NCBI GenBank assembly: GCA_026770705.1
Contig: JANJGN010000031.1
Location: 2,418,001 to 2,482,000 of the forward strand
Direction: 5' to 3'
From: Isurus oxyrinchus
Taxonomy: Eukaryota
Length of the DNA: 64,000 bases
Shown here: one piece after another, positions 1-13,461 of the stretch
Numbering within the stretch: position 1 is the stretch's first letter
Layout: each line of letters starts with the position of its first letter
Position numbers and translations under genes: made by a program
Notes under the pieces: generated by a model
What the model saw: only the letters and a program-made list of their open reading frames with translations
Databases searched by the model: none
Told to the model about the DNA's origin: nothing

Positions 1-301
1 GAAAGAGCTCCACAACCAAGATCCTACAGAGTTGAGACAGAGCAGGGAAATATCAGAAGGAATCGAAGAGCCTTGACATTATTGGGAAGGAAACCAATGG
101 AACCTTGGACATTCTATTTAGATCTGGATGGAGACAAGGAATAATAGAAACTCAGCAATCACCCAGGTGCAAGATACTCCTATCGAACAGCAAGAGAGTA
201 CAGTTTATCCTTAACCTCGAAATGAATTCAGGAACAGATCAGGAGATTGGTCAAGGTGCCACTGATATTAACACTATGAAGTTTGAGACTTTGGAGGGAG
301 A

Positions 302-560
302 TGTAGGAGTATGTATATAGTTGGAATAAAGACTTGGGAGGAGATGTAAAGGGTTAATATTAGGGGCAGCTGATACTGATGTAACTGTGATGCAGTGTCA
401 CATGACTAAGAGACTGGTGGGAAGCAATCTTGTGTAGAGTACTGAGGTGTACATAAACCTGTAAATAAACAAGAATGGTTTTTACAGATAACAGACTATG
501 GTACCATGCTTGAGGTAACAGGCAAACCCTAAAGAAACCCCATCTAGATCCCGAACACAA
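302..560 (+). mobile_element. Possible LTR of a Gypsy-like retrotransposon, preceded by a degenerate internal 3' end
   Basis: Purine tract GGAGGGAGA directly before TGTAG at 302; internal TGTAAAGGGTTAAT and AATAAA. Right end not clearly defined. Confidence 0.3.
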
Positions 561-639
561 AACAAAACAATTCCATTCCATTCTCACAATTTCTCTAACG
601 CCATTCTGTTCTGAAAATTTAACCTTCCATATCGATGCT

Positions 640-1673
640 TCAGATATGTCCTCCTTTTTCTTCAAATTGAGGATAACACCCCCTCCCCACCATGATTGAC
701 AGGGGCCTCAACTACGCCTGATCCATTTCCCACTCTTCTGCTTTCACTCTTTCCCTACCTCCCAGGATGATAGTGTTTCCTGTGCCCTTCCCTTCGACCC
801 TGCCAGCCTCTGTATTCAATGGATCATCCTTTGCTATTTCTGCCATCTCCAGCATGATGCCATCACCAAATACATCTTTCCTTCTCCCTTCAGCATTCCA
901 AGGGACTGTTGTCTCTGCAATACTCTAGTCCATTCCTCAATCACCCCCAACACCACATCCCCTTCCCACGGCAACTTTCCATGTATATGCAGGAGATGCA
1001 ATGTCTGCCCTTCCTCTCTCCTCATTGTCCAAGGCCCCAAGTACTCCTTCCAGGTGAAACGGTGGTTTATGTGCACTTCTTTCAATTGAATATAGTATAT
1101 TCACTGCTCACAATGCAGTATCCTGGGGAGACTGAACGCAGACTGCTTTGCAGAATATCTTCAAGCATGACCTTATGCTGCTGGTCACCTGAAATTTTAG
1201 TCCTTGTTCTATTGCTGACTTCTCTCTCCTCGACCTCCTGAAGTGTTCCGATGAAACTCAGTGTAAACTTGAGGAACAGCCCCTCATCTTTCAATTAGGC
1301 ACTTTACAGCTTTCTGGACTCAACATTGAGTTTAACAACTTCCGACGGTAAACTCTGCCCTTATTCTGTTTCCTTTTCTTTGAATGTTTTGGGTTTTGCT
1401 CTTGTTTTTGTTTTTGGACAGCAGCCGTCCCCATTGTTCTGCCATTCACACCTCCTCTAGACACATATTTTGTTACTTTTGTTTCTTACTTGTCCCATCC
1501 CCACTCCCTTTAACCTTGCATCATTAACCCTTTCGTCATCTAATCTCCATTTTCCACTCTATCACAGACCTTCCCTTTTGTACTTTTTCCACCATCTCCC
1601 CTTTCACTTGCTTAGAACCTATTGCATTTCTAGCTTTTCCCAGTTTTGATGACAGGTCACCGGCCTGAAACAA
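640..1673 (+). mobile_element. Degenerate Penelope-like retroelement (C-terminal/GIY-YIG region and 3' terminal repeat); continues at ~8436-8505
   Basis: Frameshifted Y.GET.RRL motif at ~1120-1145, similar to the PLE copy at 12447-13315. Hammerhead-like end TTGATGA-C-AGGTC..GGCCT-GAAAC resumes as GTTAACTCT..CAGATGCTGCCTGACCTGCTGAG after 8435. Confidence 0.7.
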
Positions 1674-1952
1674 TGGGCAGAATTTTCCATTCTGGAGACT
1701 GTGTTGGTGGGTGGGAAAGTCAGTGTGATTGCTGCTGGGTGGGGTGGGGTGAGATGGGGTGAGGTGCCACGCCAGATTGTCTGCTTTTCAGCTCATCATT
1801 TATACATAAATGAGCTACTCACCAAATCTTGTGGTGGGCTGCAATTCTTCCGCCCAGCTGTTAGGTCATGGGGCCCAAGGTCCAGCAGCCATATTTAAGC
1901 AGCACTCACACACACACACACATTCACTCTCTGCAGCCCAGCACTTGTTGTC

Positions 1953-3664
1953 ATGAGTGATGGCCCCAGGAAGAAGCAAGTCCTCTGCCCCAAAATTCTG
2001 CAACAAGTGCCCCGAGAGTCTCCTCCAGGGCAGTCCAGGACCAGCAGGAGGTGCTCTACCCTAGAGATGGCAGCAGGAGGTCCACCAACCTCACCACCTG
2101 GAAGGAGGTCACCAGAGAGGTCAGCGCATGTGGGCCTCAGAAGAGGACTGTTATCCAGTGCAGGAAGAGGATGAATGATCTCACCCGCTCCACTAGGGTA
2201 AGTCAACCTTCTCCTCGCTGTCAACTCACACACTCATAAAGCCATCAGGCATTGCAGGGTTACCGTCTACAGGGATCTCACACATTACCAGCACAAGGGG
2301 CATCATTACTGATCCTCTCACACACGCTTTAACATCATCATCTCTTGTGACATCTGGCACAAATTGTATCTTCAGTCCTTACATACGGCCACTCAGCACA
2401 CACAGCAGGGAGGCATGCTTAATATCTGATCTTGCAATCATGTTGCTCACAGTCCATTTGCCTGATTTATGCAGGACAAGATCGCACAGCAACAGGGAGA
2501 GGAACCAAATCAGAATGGGGGTGCCGGAGTTGAGGCCCCTCATCCCTTCGAGGAGCAGAGCTGGCTGGTGAAGACAGGCATCGTTCCTGTGTTGAAGGCA
2601 AGATTGGTGTCTCCCAACAAGCCAGTGTTGGTCCAGCCAGTAGTCATCACCTGCCTGCCAACACTGTGAGTGCTCTTTAATATGGGTGACTGTCTAGTCG
2701 ATGACTAATTATCCCTTCTCTCTATTATACCCACGAGCAAGAAAAGGCAACATCATACCATCAGCCAGCACATCAGGCCCAGTCCCCAGAACTCCTCAGA
2801 TGAGGAGGCTGAGGAAGCATCTGAGGAAGACCCATCAGTGCGTTCAACTGCACCCTCCACCAGCACAGAGACACACACTCCAGCGGGTCCTAGTTCTAGA
2901 GCAAGCTCCGGGTCACTATCTGGTGAGAACCTTACAGGCGGAGGCAGTGACAGCCAAGGTCTCCAACATGCAGAGGACTATTGGAGACCAGGACTTGCGA
3001 GTCCGATGGTGAGCCTCTGGAATCAGCCCTCATTGAGATGTTGGAGCTCCAAAAACAGGCAGAGGAATAGCAGGCAGGGTTGTCAGATGCATTCACCAGA
3101 ATCGAACGAAGGATGGAGGAGTCCGTCCACATCCTGTCTGATGTTGTGGCTCCGACATGAGAGTGCATCGAAGTCACCACTGGAAGACTGGGGTCTGCGA
3201 TGGACATCCTGGAACAGCAGTTTGTGCCGGATATGCGCTCAGACCTGCACACCATCGCTGTGGCCGTGAGTGGGATCCATCAGTGGCTAGTCAAGGGGGG
3301 GGTGCGGGAGACCTCAACCTCCCTTAGGTGCCCCTCCTCCTCAAGGGGTCAGGGGCCCTCAGGCTCCAACAAGGAGGAGGAGCCTCAGACGGACACCCCA
3401 TGGGAATTTGCCAGGGCTGTGCAGCTGGTGCAAATCCCCTCGGCCTATGACCCCAGCAACTCCAGCTGCTTGGCCAAGGAGGGTGCACCAGCCCCAGCCC
3501 CACAGCAGGAGACCCTTAGCAGGCCCCATCCCTCCAGAGGATGCCTGCCAAGGTCATGGCAGACAACAGGGTGTGGCAGGCAGCAGGCTGCCTCCACCTC
3601 TGCTGCAGATGTTGGGGTTGCACTTAGAAGTATTGGTAGGGTTAGAAAAATTAGTAAGTATTGA
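1953..3664 (+). pseudogene. Harbinger Myb/SANT-like DNA-binding protein gene (MSANTD/NAIF1-like), spliced and frameshifted
   Basis: VLYPRDG..WKEVTREVSACGPQKRTVIQCRKRMNDLTRSTR, donor GTAAGT at 2198, acceptor CAG ending 2474, then DKIA..NRERNQ..GVPELRPL. Ser/Pro/Glu-rich downstream region. Confidence 0.75.
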
Positions 3665-5281
3665 AAGTGCAATGGTGTCATGGGTGTTCACTCGCTGTAT
3701 ATACTTTGCACGTGTTTCAAAGTCTCATAGTGAATGGCTCTTCCACGTGATGCAACGCTCCGAGGTATCCAATCGGAACAGATGTCCCCTCATCCTCACT
3801 TATCTCCCATTATGTCCCTCAGATATATGGTGTCTCACTCAATGTCAGTTCAGTCAGTTGCCTTTGTGTCCACAGAGCAATATGAACAAAGCAAGTTGCT
3901 CTATGAACATGGTGATTGGACAGAGGGTCATATAAAGTGGCCTCATGAGTATAGATTTTGGAAAGTTTTTTATGATCCTGATGCTGCAGCACTGAAGTCT
4001 GTTCTCCGTGAAGGTTATTGTTTTTAAACACGATTTGCCTTGGAGTCATTCCAACCAAATGAACTTTTCAATGACCTCCATGTATTGTCTGCCATGTTTG
4101 GGTGTGGGTTACAGTGTAAGTAATCGTCGGGGACTTTAGCCTTTTATAGCAACCTGCAGTGTAACGCCGTGACCACGTTTACGACTAAACAATACCCCTT
4201 TAATAGTTCCCGTTCTCCATCTACATGATGCAGAGCAATGGACCTAGTTAGCACTTTGTGACTCCTGAAATATCAGATGGCCACAACGATGTAATGTTAT
4301 AGGAGCGTTATAGCCTCATGATGCTGACCTATTACATGTGAGGATGCTGAAGGTCTGGCTGGTGTGGCTTGACAGAATCCCTGAGCTAGCTCTCACATGG
4401 GCGATTGACATGGTCATCAGATGGTGATAGTGCCATCAGTGTCCCAGGCTTCCTCATGCATATCTCAATGTGCTAGAGTAAAAAGTGGAGGCCTCTACTG
4501 GGATGAGAGTGAAGCTTCAGTACATCTGCTGTGTGGTCTTTAGGATCAACAAACTTACTAAGTAATCCTTAAATGTTATGCCGAGACTGACTGGGCAATG
4601 TCACAACCAGATGCCATGGTAATGTTGGACGTGAACTTGGGAAGCTCCAGACGAAGGCTGGGTCATGAGAGCTTGTCAATGATCAGACGATGGTGCTGCT
4701 GAAGCTATCTCTGCGCACACAAAGGTGACCTAACTCACAGGCTCGCATCCATGAATGAATCCAATAGATCACTGCATCCTAAAGAGTGACCTTATGCTGG
4801 AGATTCGGTCAGAGGATGAGGGCCAGAGTATTACTCTTGCCTGAGAGATGGTCTGTGGAGAGATGCCGCATTCCAGGTTTAGATCAGTTCTCAGACAGTC
4901 AAGTGATAACCAGTGTTTGATGATTGTCCTCCTTGAGGTGCCTTGCAACACTCAGGCATAGTGCCATAAGTGTACTGATGTTTGCAGTGCTGTTCCTGCC
5001 TCTTAAAGGCTGCCATAGGTGGTGAAATGCTGGTGCAATGATTGAAAGGACTGCACCTTGTCTACTTGCTTCACAGTGAACACTGAAGGAGTTCTTATCC
5101 CATTACAGAATGGCCACATGCTCCAGAGCCTGTCTAGCCTTACAGTAATGGAGCCATCTTCAAGCAAGATTGTGACTACTCTTTCTGAGATTGATGTCCT
5201 TCATTGAGATGTTGAGGATAACAAAGAAGGTATTAATGTCTTCGCTACATCGAATGGACCGGTGAAATGGGTTTGTACGAG

Positions 5282-6590
5282 CTAATCTTCATTGCTCTGG
5301 AACCTTATTGCTATAAAGTTGCGCAGGCACGTGTGCTGTGTCTGGCCTGTGCAAGGACTTCTTCCCGTGGGGTGACACCATCCTCACCCTCTTCGATGCC
5401 ATCCCTCATCGGAGGAGACAATGCAGCTCCTTCATCTCTCCATGTGACAACTCATCCCCCTTAGGAGTGCCAGATTGTGTAGAGCACAGCAAACTGCTAT
5501 GATTCGGGACACCCTCCAGGGAGAGTATTGGTGGGTGCCACCTGACTGGTCCGGACATCTGAAACACATTTTCAACATGCCGATGGTCTGCTCAATCAAG
5601 GATCATGTTGCAGAATGAGCCGCATCGTACCTCTCCTCTGAAGCACTCTTTTGCGGCTGAATGGATGTCATTAGCCACATCTTTTATCACCGAGGAGCCA
5701 ACCTGAATATGCTGCGGGCCCCCAAAGATCCATGGTCCCTGTGAGTGACTCAAGCTGTAAGAGTCGTGTGAGCTCCTAGGGTACCACAGACATAGACCTG
5801 CATAACCTGCTTTTGGTGATCACAGACCAGCTGCATGTTGAGAGAGTGGAAGCCTTGTCTATTGATAAACCTCAGTGGCTGCTGCCAGGGAGCTCTTAAG
5901 GCCACATGTGTGCAGCCAATAGCACCCTGCACCTGTGGGAGGCTGGAGATTGCTGCAAATCCCAATGCTCTGGCAGCCCGGCTGACTTCATCTACTGGAC
6001 GTAATTGTGTACCTCACTGAATAGGGTGTCAGTCACCCAGTACTGTCGAAGGGTCATGAGGACTCGAAACGTCAACTCTTTTCTTCTCCGCCGATGCTGC
6101 CAGACCTGCTGAGTTTTTCCAGGTAATTCTGTTTTTGTGTCAGTCACCTCTTGGGAACATTTATGAGCAGAGGATTGTGATATTCTGCAAAGGTCTTCAA
6201 TGGAGCCCTGGAATGAGCCGCTTGCAAAAGTGTTGAGGGTGGTGGTCACCTTTAGAGGCACTGGCAATGGATGGTCTCCCAGTCCCTGCAGCGTGAGATC
6301 CTCCTGAAGAACGTGGCAGATGTGAGCCACTGCATCACTTGACAAACGAAGGTGCCTGCGGCACTCTCTCGCTGGTCTGTAAGTACGTGAGGCATCTTTG
6401 GTACATCCTGGGTCACGCCAAACGCCTCTGTGTAATTGGTCTCTCCTCAGCTTCTGGGTCTTCATGGGTCCCTGCTGGCCCATGTTCCTCAGGGTGAGGC
6501 TCTTCCCTTTGCCCTGTCAGATGGTGATGGGCCCTTCTTCTCCTCCTCAGTTGCATGAAAGCTATGAAGAAGACAGCATTGCCTGCTGCC
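5282..6590 (-). pseudogene. HARBI1-like Harbinger DDE transposase, disrupted
   Basis: ECRRHLRLS..LKVTTTLNTFASGSFQ..ISQSSAHKC; QVQGAIGCTHV (catalytic D of GAIDCTH replaced by G); FINRQGFHSLNMQLVCD; LIEQTIGMLKMCFRC; VCCALHNLAL. Stops, frameshifts and a 99-bp insertion. Confidence 0.88.
6038..6136 (+). mobile_element. 99-bp Penelope-derived terminal fragment inserted in the transposase gene
   Basis: Flanked by a perfect 12-bp TSD GTGTCAGTCACC (6026-6037 and 6137-6148); contains a hammerhead-like core. Confidence 0.85.
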
Positions 6591-9204
6591 TGCATTCTGC
6601 ACTCTGCCAAGCTCGGGAGTCATTGTGAACCCTTGGGCTGCCCTCATTCCGGACATTCCATCCCCAGGTCTTCCCTTGCAGCTGAGTTTCCCATGCACAC
6701 CCCATTCTGCACCCTCCCCACCCAGCCCCATGCATGACAGTGCATTCACATAGGGGTTGGATCTGGATGAGTGCAGCCAGGTGCTATCAACCTCAGGCAG
6801 GGCACTGTCAGACTGCCTCCTTTTGGAATACACTAGAGCCCTGCCTTGTGCTAAGTTAATGACTGCAATCATTGACCCATGTAAACACTGAACCTCCCAA
6901 CTGCAATGTGTAGGGTTGTCTGGAGCATGCTGCATATGTACAGTGGCTGTGGCCCCTTAATAGTTTGATCCTTCTGACCTTTTCATGTTCCCTTGTAAGG
7001 GGCAAATGGTCAATCAGACCAATCAAACGTTGTCCCAAGCCGACTGGATTCTCACAAGAGTGTGCACCATGAGTTAAGGTGTCCAAATCCTTCAATTGGC
7101 ATTTGAGGCTTCCTAACATGTCTCAGCTGAGCCTTGCTCTGCCTGTCCTGAAGCGGTAACTATTACGGTGCCCCTTCAATCAGCAGACAAGCACAGTCAT
7201 CAGCTCCTCCACAAACCCCCAGACCCCTCCCCTGGCGATTTTTTCCAAGCTTATTTCTCCTGCATCATTCCACCGACTGTCGAGATGGTGTGGCTCCAAC
7301 TTCCAAACCACACCTCCTTCACCCATCCTGTCCCTCCCATTGTCCTGGAAGAGCATCATGTGCAAATTTCCCTCCCTCCGATCACTCTCCTGCCTCCCAC
7401 TTTAACACTGGAGCCCATTGTTATTCTAGTCGATATCCCTGCCCTCCTCCCGAACTGTTTTCTGTTGACGTCCCCATGCCCCATGTCGACCGTGCCCTCC
7501 CCCACCTCGAGGCCCAATGCCCAGTGACCTACCGAGACCCCCTCAAATGCCCCCCTCTTATTTATGTTCCCCTTTGACAGGCTGTAGATGCCTCTCCTGA
7601 ATCTGACTGTGCCATCTGCCAACCCGTACCAAGCCACCAGCCCCCAGGATCCAAATGTGTGAGGGATTGACAACCCTCCACACACCATGCTGTGCACGAC
7701 CCACACAGGATGGATAGGGCCTCCTTCTCCCTGCATTGGGTCCAGGACATGCATGATAGGCATAGCCCGTTAGCATGGTGCACACAGCCCCAGGCCTGCC
7801 TTACACTTATCCCCCCTCTTCCTTGAAACCACTGCACCACCTCCCAGCCATGTGTCTCTGACCACCCTTTACCTCCTGGCCTCCAATCACCACCACCCCA
7901 CTCCCCTGCAGTCAAGTGTCTAACTTTCAACCCCTTCCCTCTGTCCAGTCAACCCTCCCCTCCACCCACCACCCCTGGTCAAGCTTGTGCCTTCCAACCC
8001 CTTCCCTTGCCTTCCCATCCCTGCTCTTCCCACCGGACACATTGACATGGAGTGGGAGCAACAGTGAGTACAGCACAGTGAAAGGTAGGTGAATGCTACA
8101 CGTCCGAACCTCAAAATCACGAGTGGTGCAGTTTGCCAGGTGCATGTCACTTATATCCAATCGTGAAACAGACCGGTTTAATTACCCGCTGGTGAGGCAG
8201 TGAGATTCAGAGTGTGGACATGATTCTGGCGAGCTGGGTTTTTAATGAGCATTTAGGAGATGCAAATGAGGTTCCTGACATGGAACAGCAGGAAATCCAA
8301 CCCAACAGGAAAGTCAGAGGGGAAAATTTCAAACAACTTTCCTGCTGGCGGAAAACGGATTCATGCCATCGCTTTAAATTTTGTCCCCGCGTCCACTATG
8401 ATTCCTACTGTTGGCAGGACTGGAAAATCCCGCCAGTTAACTCTATTTCTCCCTCCACAGATGCTGCCTGACCTGCTGAGTGTTTCCATCATTTTCCATT
8501 TTCCAAATCTGCAGTTGGTTGACCCATTGTCACCAAATGAGGTACAACTAATTAACTTAAACACAAAATCAAAGGAAATCTATCAGCTTAAATAATGGTA
8601 TTGACCACTATACATGTCAGTCTCTATGATGCTCACTGCCCAAGTCTAACCTGGACCTGTAGGCTACTTGTTTACCCACAAGAGCCTAGGTGTAGGCCAA
8701 TTGGCCTTTCAACCCTGCTGTACTATCCAATAAGATCATGGCTGATCTTCTACCTTAATTCCACATTCTTGCACTTATCCCCATATCTCTTAATTCCCTT
8801 GTACTCCAGTGGGAGTGCTGCACTATTGGAGGTGCTGTCTTTTGGACGAAACATTAATCTTGTGGTGGTACTTTGTATAGGTCACACTTGGAGTACTGTA
8901 CACAGTTCAGTTCCCCGTGTTACAAAAAGAATAAAGAGAGAGGTACCAGAGACAATGCAAAAAGGATTTACGAGATTCTCCCAGTAGAGAGGGTATAACT
9001 ATCAAGAAAGTCAGAATAGGCTGTTTTTGAGTTATCAGCTTGTCGGGGACAGTTTTTTGGAATCTGTTGTTCAAGTTTTTGTTAATTTTCTTTGTTGACA
9101 TATAATCCAAGATTTTAAGTGTTCTGTGCAATTATTTCCTAGTTTACTTACTTGTACCTTGATTTTATTTTTTTTACTCTTTACATTTTGCCAAAACAGA
9201 GAAA

Positions 9205-9570
9205 GACTTGCACTTCTATAATGATTTTCACAACATCAGGATGTCCCAAAGCAGCTTACAGCCAATGAAGTACTTTGGAACTGTTGGAATGGAGGAAACA
9301 TGGCAGCCAATTTGCACAATTGGCTATGTGATAGTGGCTGGATATCTGTTTCTAATGTTGGTTAGGAGATAAATATTGGCCAGAATGCTAGGGATAGCTC
9401 ACCTGCTCTTCTTCAAAATAATGCCAAGGAAACTTTTCCACCCACCTTAGAAAGCAGAGGGGGTCTCTGTTTAACCTCTCATCCAAAAGAAGGTAAATCT
9501 GACAATGCAGCACTCTCTCAATACTGTCAGCCTGGGTTTTTATGTCCAGGTCTCTGCAGAGGTGAGAATC
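9205..9570 (-). mobile_element. DeuSINE (SacSINE1/AmnSINE1-like) copy
   Basis: Similar to the copy at 14722-15135 (GCAGCACTC..CAATACTG, GTTTAAC.TCTCATCC; L2-type tail). Confidence 0.6.
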
Positions 9571-10614
9571 ACAGCCGACACAAATCTGAAAGGTTGATTG
9601 GAAGTGGCAGGATGTTCTGATTGGATTCCTGAAGTTTGATCATTCATGATCTATAAAGCATCAGGACATAATGGATCAGACAGAGTGGCCAGTTAGCTGT
9701 TTCATATTCAGTTTTTGTATGTTTGCTTGTTTGTATTTTCCCTTCCCTTGCCAAAGGAAGGTGGTGATGCGATATTTGACCCCTGGCTTGACGGCCTTCT
9801 TGACTAAACTCATTTCCTGGCTTCGGGATCATTGCCAAGATAGGGCAGGGTCCCAGCACAATCCCACCACAGTTGAGAAGGAGTGCTTCACACCAACGTG
9901 AATGGGAGGGGAAAATCCTAGGCCAGGGATGGGAATATGGCAGTAGGCCATGTTGTTTCACGGATGTCGACTGCCCCTTGTATTCTTCATACATAGCGCT
10001 TAACAATGAGCATCAGGGAACTATTTGGTCAGGGAGCTATCAAATTCAAACTCAACACTGCTTTCAATTGATGTCCTTGCACAGAGGGACACTTTCAACA
10101 ACAATAAAAAATTGCATTAATAGAGTGCCATCAACACGGTCAAATGTCCCAAGGCACGTCACAATAGTATTATCAGACAAAATTTCATACCAAGCGGAGT
10201 GAAGGAGATGTTAGGATAGGTGACCAAAAACTTGGCCAAAGAAACAGGTTTTAAAAAGCATCTTAAAAAAAGGAGGATGCAGTAGAGAGATGGAGAGACT
10301 TGAAGAGGGAGTTCCGGAAATGAAGACTTCGGCAGTGTAGTGTTGGGGTTTGTAATGGTTAATGTGTGGGACTGTGTAAGTAAGCACCTCCCATACTGAT
10401 GATGTAAGAGAATAAATGAGAAGGATCGAGAGGGAGGATGTTTATGGCTTTAGCAGTGTGACACCTAGTTGTGGGTAGCTGTACATGGTTCAGTTGTATA
10501 AAATAAACCAGTTATTGTTTGGACATATCAACATCTCAGTGCTTGTTGTGAATGGTGGCTGAGTTGGTACTATTGATAGAGTTGACCTGCACAGACCTTT
10601 CTTGGGTGGAAACT

Positions 10615-11100
10615 TTGTGGAGGATCTTCCGCTCACTGACACGTAAAATGATGCGGGATGACATTGGGTGGAAATCCCGACATCAGCCCGCATCATTTCC
10701 ATTTGCAGGTCGGCGGGGGCGTGGCCGAATCAGCTGTGTGCCCGCCGACCTATCATCGGCCTATTGAGGCCATTGAAAAAGTAATTGACATCATTAATGG
10801 ACCTGCCCGTCCAACCTTAGGGTTGGCAGGCTGTAAGTCCTGGTGGGCTTCGGAAAAAGCATGAAACCTCATCCACGGGCGGGACGAGGATTCATGAAGG
10901 TCTTTAAATATTTAATTAAGGTTTCAGTAAAAGTTATGGAGATGTCCCAACTCATGTGACAGTGTCACATGAGAGGATGTCAGGGAAATCTTTCTATCAT
11001 TCGTTTAACAATTTTTAATTTGGAGCCGATCTCCCTGAGGCAGCACGTAGCCTCAGGGAGATCAGTGAGCTCTTTCACGCGCATGCCAGTGCCTGTTCCT
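10615..11100. mobile_element. Truncated Harbinger-type MITE
   Basis: Reverse-complement similarity to internal sequence of the MITE at 22105-22793 (GAAACCTCATCCA.GGGCGGGA, GGCCATTGAA). Confidence 0.55.
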
Positions 11101-11329
11101 GCACTCCCTCCCCACAACGGGGAGAACATTTTTCCCTTTAAGTTTATTTACATGGTGCTCAGCAGCAACTACATATGTGCTTTCAACTCCAACTCTGTAT
11201 CAATACAACCAACTACTGAGGTAGCCGGCGCTACTCTGCTATTGGTTACTATAGATCATGTGATCTTCCCTATCAAATATTATTCTTAAAGTTTCATTAC
11301 GCCTAAATAAAACCATAATTACTACAGTA

Positions 11330-11610
11330 ATCATTCTGAAGCTAGACTATCCAACATACAAGAGGTGCCTGAAGTCAGACAGCAGAATTGGAGGAGTGCA
11401 GAGTGCTGGAATGATTGTAAGGCTGTTAGGGGTTGCTGAGATAGTGGGGGGTGAGGGGTGGGTGGGGTGAGGCCTTGGAGGGCCTTGAAGACAAGGATGA
11501 GAATTTTAATTTGGAGAGACAATGTGGGTCACTGGGTGATGGAGGTACGGGATTTGGTGTGAATTAGGATACAGGCAGCAGAGTTTTGGATGAGCTCAAG
11601 TTTACAGATG
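11330..11610 (-). mobile_element. L2-clade LINE 3' fragment
   Basis: Minus-strand KLELIQNSAACILIHTKSR and KILILVFKALQGL, typical of the L2 ORF2 C-terminus. Confidence 0.7.
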
Positions 11611-12234
11611 ATGAACCTGGGAGCCGAGGTTACTGCAGCTAACTGGACTGCCTCTCCCACTGCCTCATTATCTAATCCCCACACTGATTTGGGGTTGAAG
11701 CTGAAACCTTTGGGCCTGAATGATTCAGCAGCTGAACCTGTCGAACCGTCAAGGGAGATTGACAAATATATTAATTATTTTAATTGCTATTATGAGGGAT
11801 CTATTCAATTTAGCAAGGATCTATTCAATTTAGCAATGATTCAATTGACTTAACTGACAAAAGCTCTTCTCACCCCGGAGAATCTTATTATAATTTCACA
11901 TTGCCTGTGGTTCTCTAATCAGATATGTTCACTTAACCAATCTCTTCTAATTACTATCACGGCTTATGTGAGAGAACCCGGGAGTCACAATGATATTTAA
12001 CATCAAAGCTTTCAATTAGAAAAAATCATGTTCTAACTAATTACGTTGGTTTGGGGGGCAAAATGAATATGTAGGAAAATATCACTTTTAACAATGTCTA
12101 ATGGGTAATCGGGCAACTTGTTTAATCTCTGAGACCCGACATTGTGCTCCTTTACACTGTCCCTCCGTAACAAACATCTGGCCTCTTCACTGAGTGGTTT
12201 CTTCATTCCTGAATTTGGATTCCAGTAAACCAAG

Positions 12235-13392
12235 TCTGCCCTCTCAGGTGGGTATGAGAGATCCCACGATAATATTTCTAAGGAGAGTTGTAGAGTTCTC
12301 CCTGGTGCCCGAGTGAATATTTATTCCTCAACCAATATGATTAAAACAGATTATGGTCATCAACACATTGCTGATTGTGGGAGCTTGCTGTGCACACTCT
12401 GGCTGCCACATTTCCAACATTACAATAGTAACTCACTTCAAAAGTATCTTTCAGATGCTTTTCACTTGCGCCTCCTTAAATTTGGTCTGCTACATTTGCT
12501 GCTCCCAATGCGGTTTCTTCTACATTGGAGAGACCAAACGCAGACTGGGTGACCGCTTTGCGGAGCACATTCGGTCTGTCCGCAAGCATGACCCAGACCT
12601 CCCTGTCGCTTGCCATTTCAACACTCCACCCTGCTCTCATGCCCACATGTCTGTCCTTGGCCTGCTGCAATGAGTGAAGCTCAACGCAAACCGGAGGAAC
12701 AGCACCTCATCTTCCGACTAGGCACTTTACAGCCTTCTGGACTGAATATTGAGTTCAACAACTTCAGACCATGAACTCTCTTCCATCTTCACCCCTTTTT
12801 ATCCCTTTTTTAATATTTATTTTTTATTTTTCATTTGTTTATTTTTAATTTTAGTTTTATTAGTTTATTCATTGTTTTATCCCTTTTTTATCCTTTTTTC
12901 TATCCTTTATCCTGAACCACTGCCCCTTCCCCAACCCCACCCCCAAAAGGGCCACCTATCACTTGTCCCATGTTGTTCTTCCACAGGGTGCTGACCCTTG
13001 TTCTGCTATTCACACATTCTGCTTTCTTACCTTTATGTCATTATCAGCACCTTCTTCAGCTCTAACATTACCATTAACACTCCCTTTGTCTTGTGTCCAT
13101 GACATCTTTGTCAGTATGTCCTTTGCCTCCACCTATCGCTGACCTTCTATCCTGTTTTACCTGCTCCACCCCCGTTAAACAGTTTAAGTTCCATCACATT
13201 TCTGCTTCCCTTTAGCTCTGAAGGAAAGCCATACGGGCTCGATACGTTAACTCTGTTTCTCTCTCCACAGAGGCTGTCAGACCTGCTGAGTTTTTCCAGC
13301 ATTTTCTGTTTTTATTTCAAAAGTACCTTGTTGGCAGTAAAGTGCTTTGAGATGTCCTGAGGCTGTGAAAGGTGCTATACAAATGCAAGTTC
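12235..13392 (+). mobile_element. DeuSINE 3' part interrupted by a Penelope-like element
   Basis: SINE body 12235-12446 resumes at 13316 and ends with the L2-type tail GAAAGGTGCTATACAAATGCAAG. Confidence 0.6.
12447..13315 (+). mobile_element. 5'-truncated Penelope-like element (GIY-YIG endonuclease fragment plus terminal repeat)
   Basis: FTCASLNLVCYICCSQCGFFYIGETKRRLGDRFAEH..PVACHFN; TSD TTCAAAAGTA at 12437-12446 and 13316-13325. Confidence 0.9.
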
Positions 13393-13461
13393 TTGCTTCC
13401 TTTCATGGCAGTTGTCTCTAAGCAGTTCCATCATGGCTACTAACGGTCCACACTTGACCGA

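Larger units (their letters stand above)
1675..8435. mobile_element. Full-length but defective PIF/Harbinger DNA transposon (~6.76 kb) with two convergent genes
   Basis: TIRs GGCAGAATTTTCCA (1676) and TGGAAAATCCCGCC (8421-8434), 12/14 match. Interrupts a PLE terminal repeat. Encodes a Myb/SANT protein (+) and a HARBI1-like DDE nuclease (-). Confidence 0.85.

Noticed and set aside
5282-6590. Domesticated host gene HARBI1 (and NAIF1 at 1953-3664)
   Set aside because: Both lie between TIRs and carry frameshifts; the transposase also has stops, an insertion and a mutated catalytic Asp.
10341-10533. Short TGTTG...CAACA LTR-like segment with AATAAA
   Set aside because: No matching TSD and boundaries are ambiguous.
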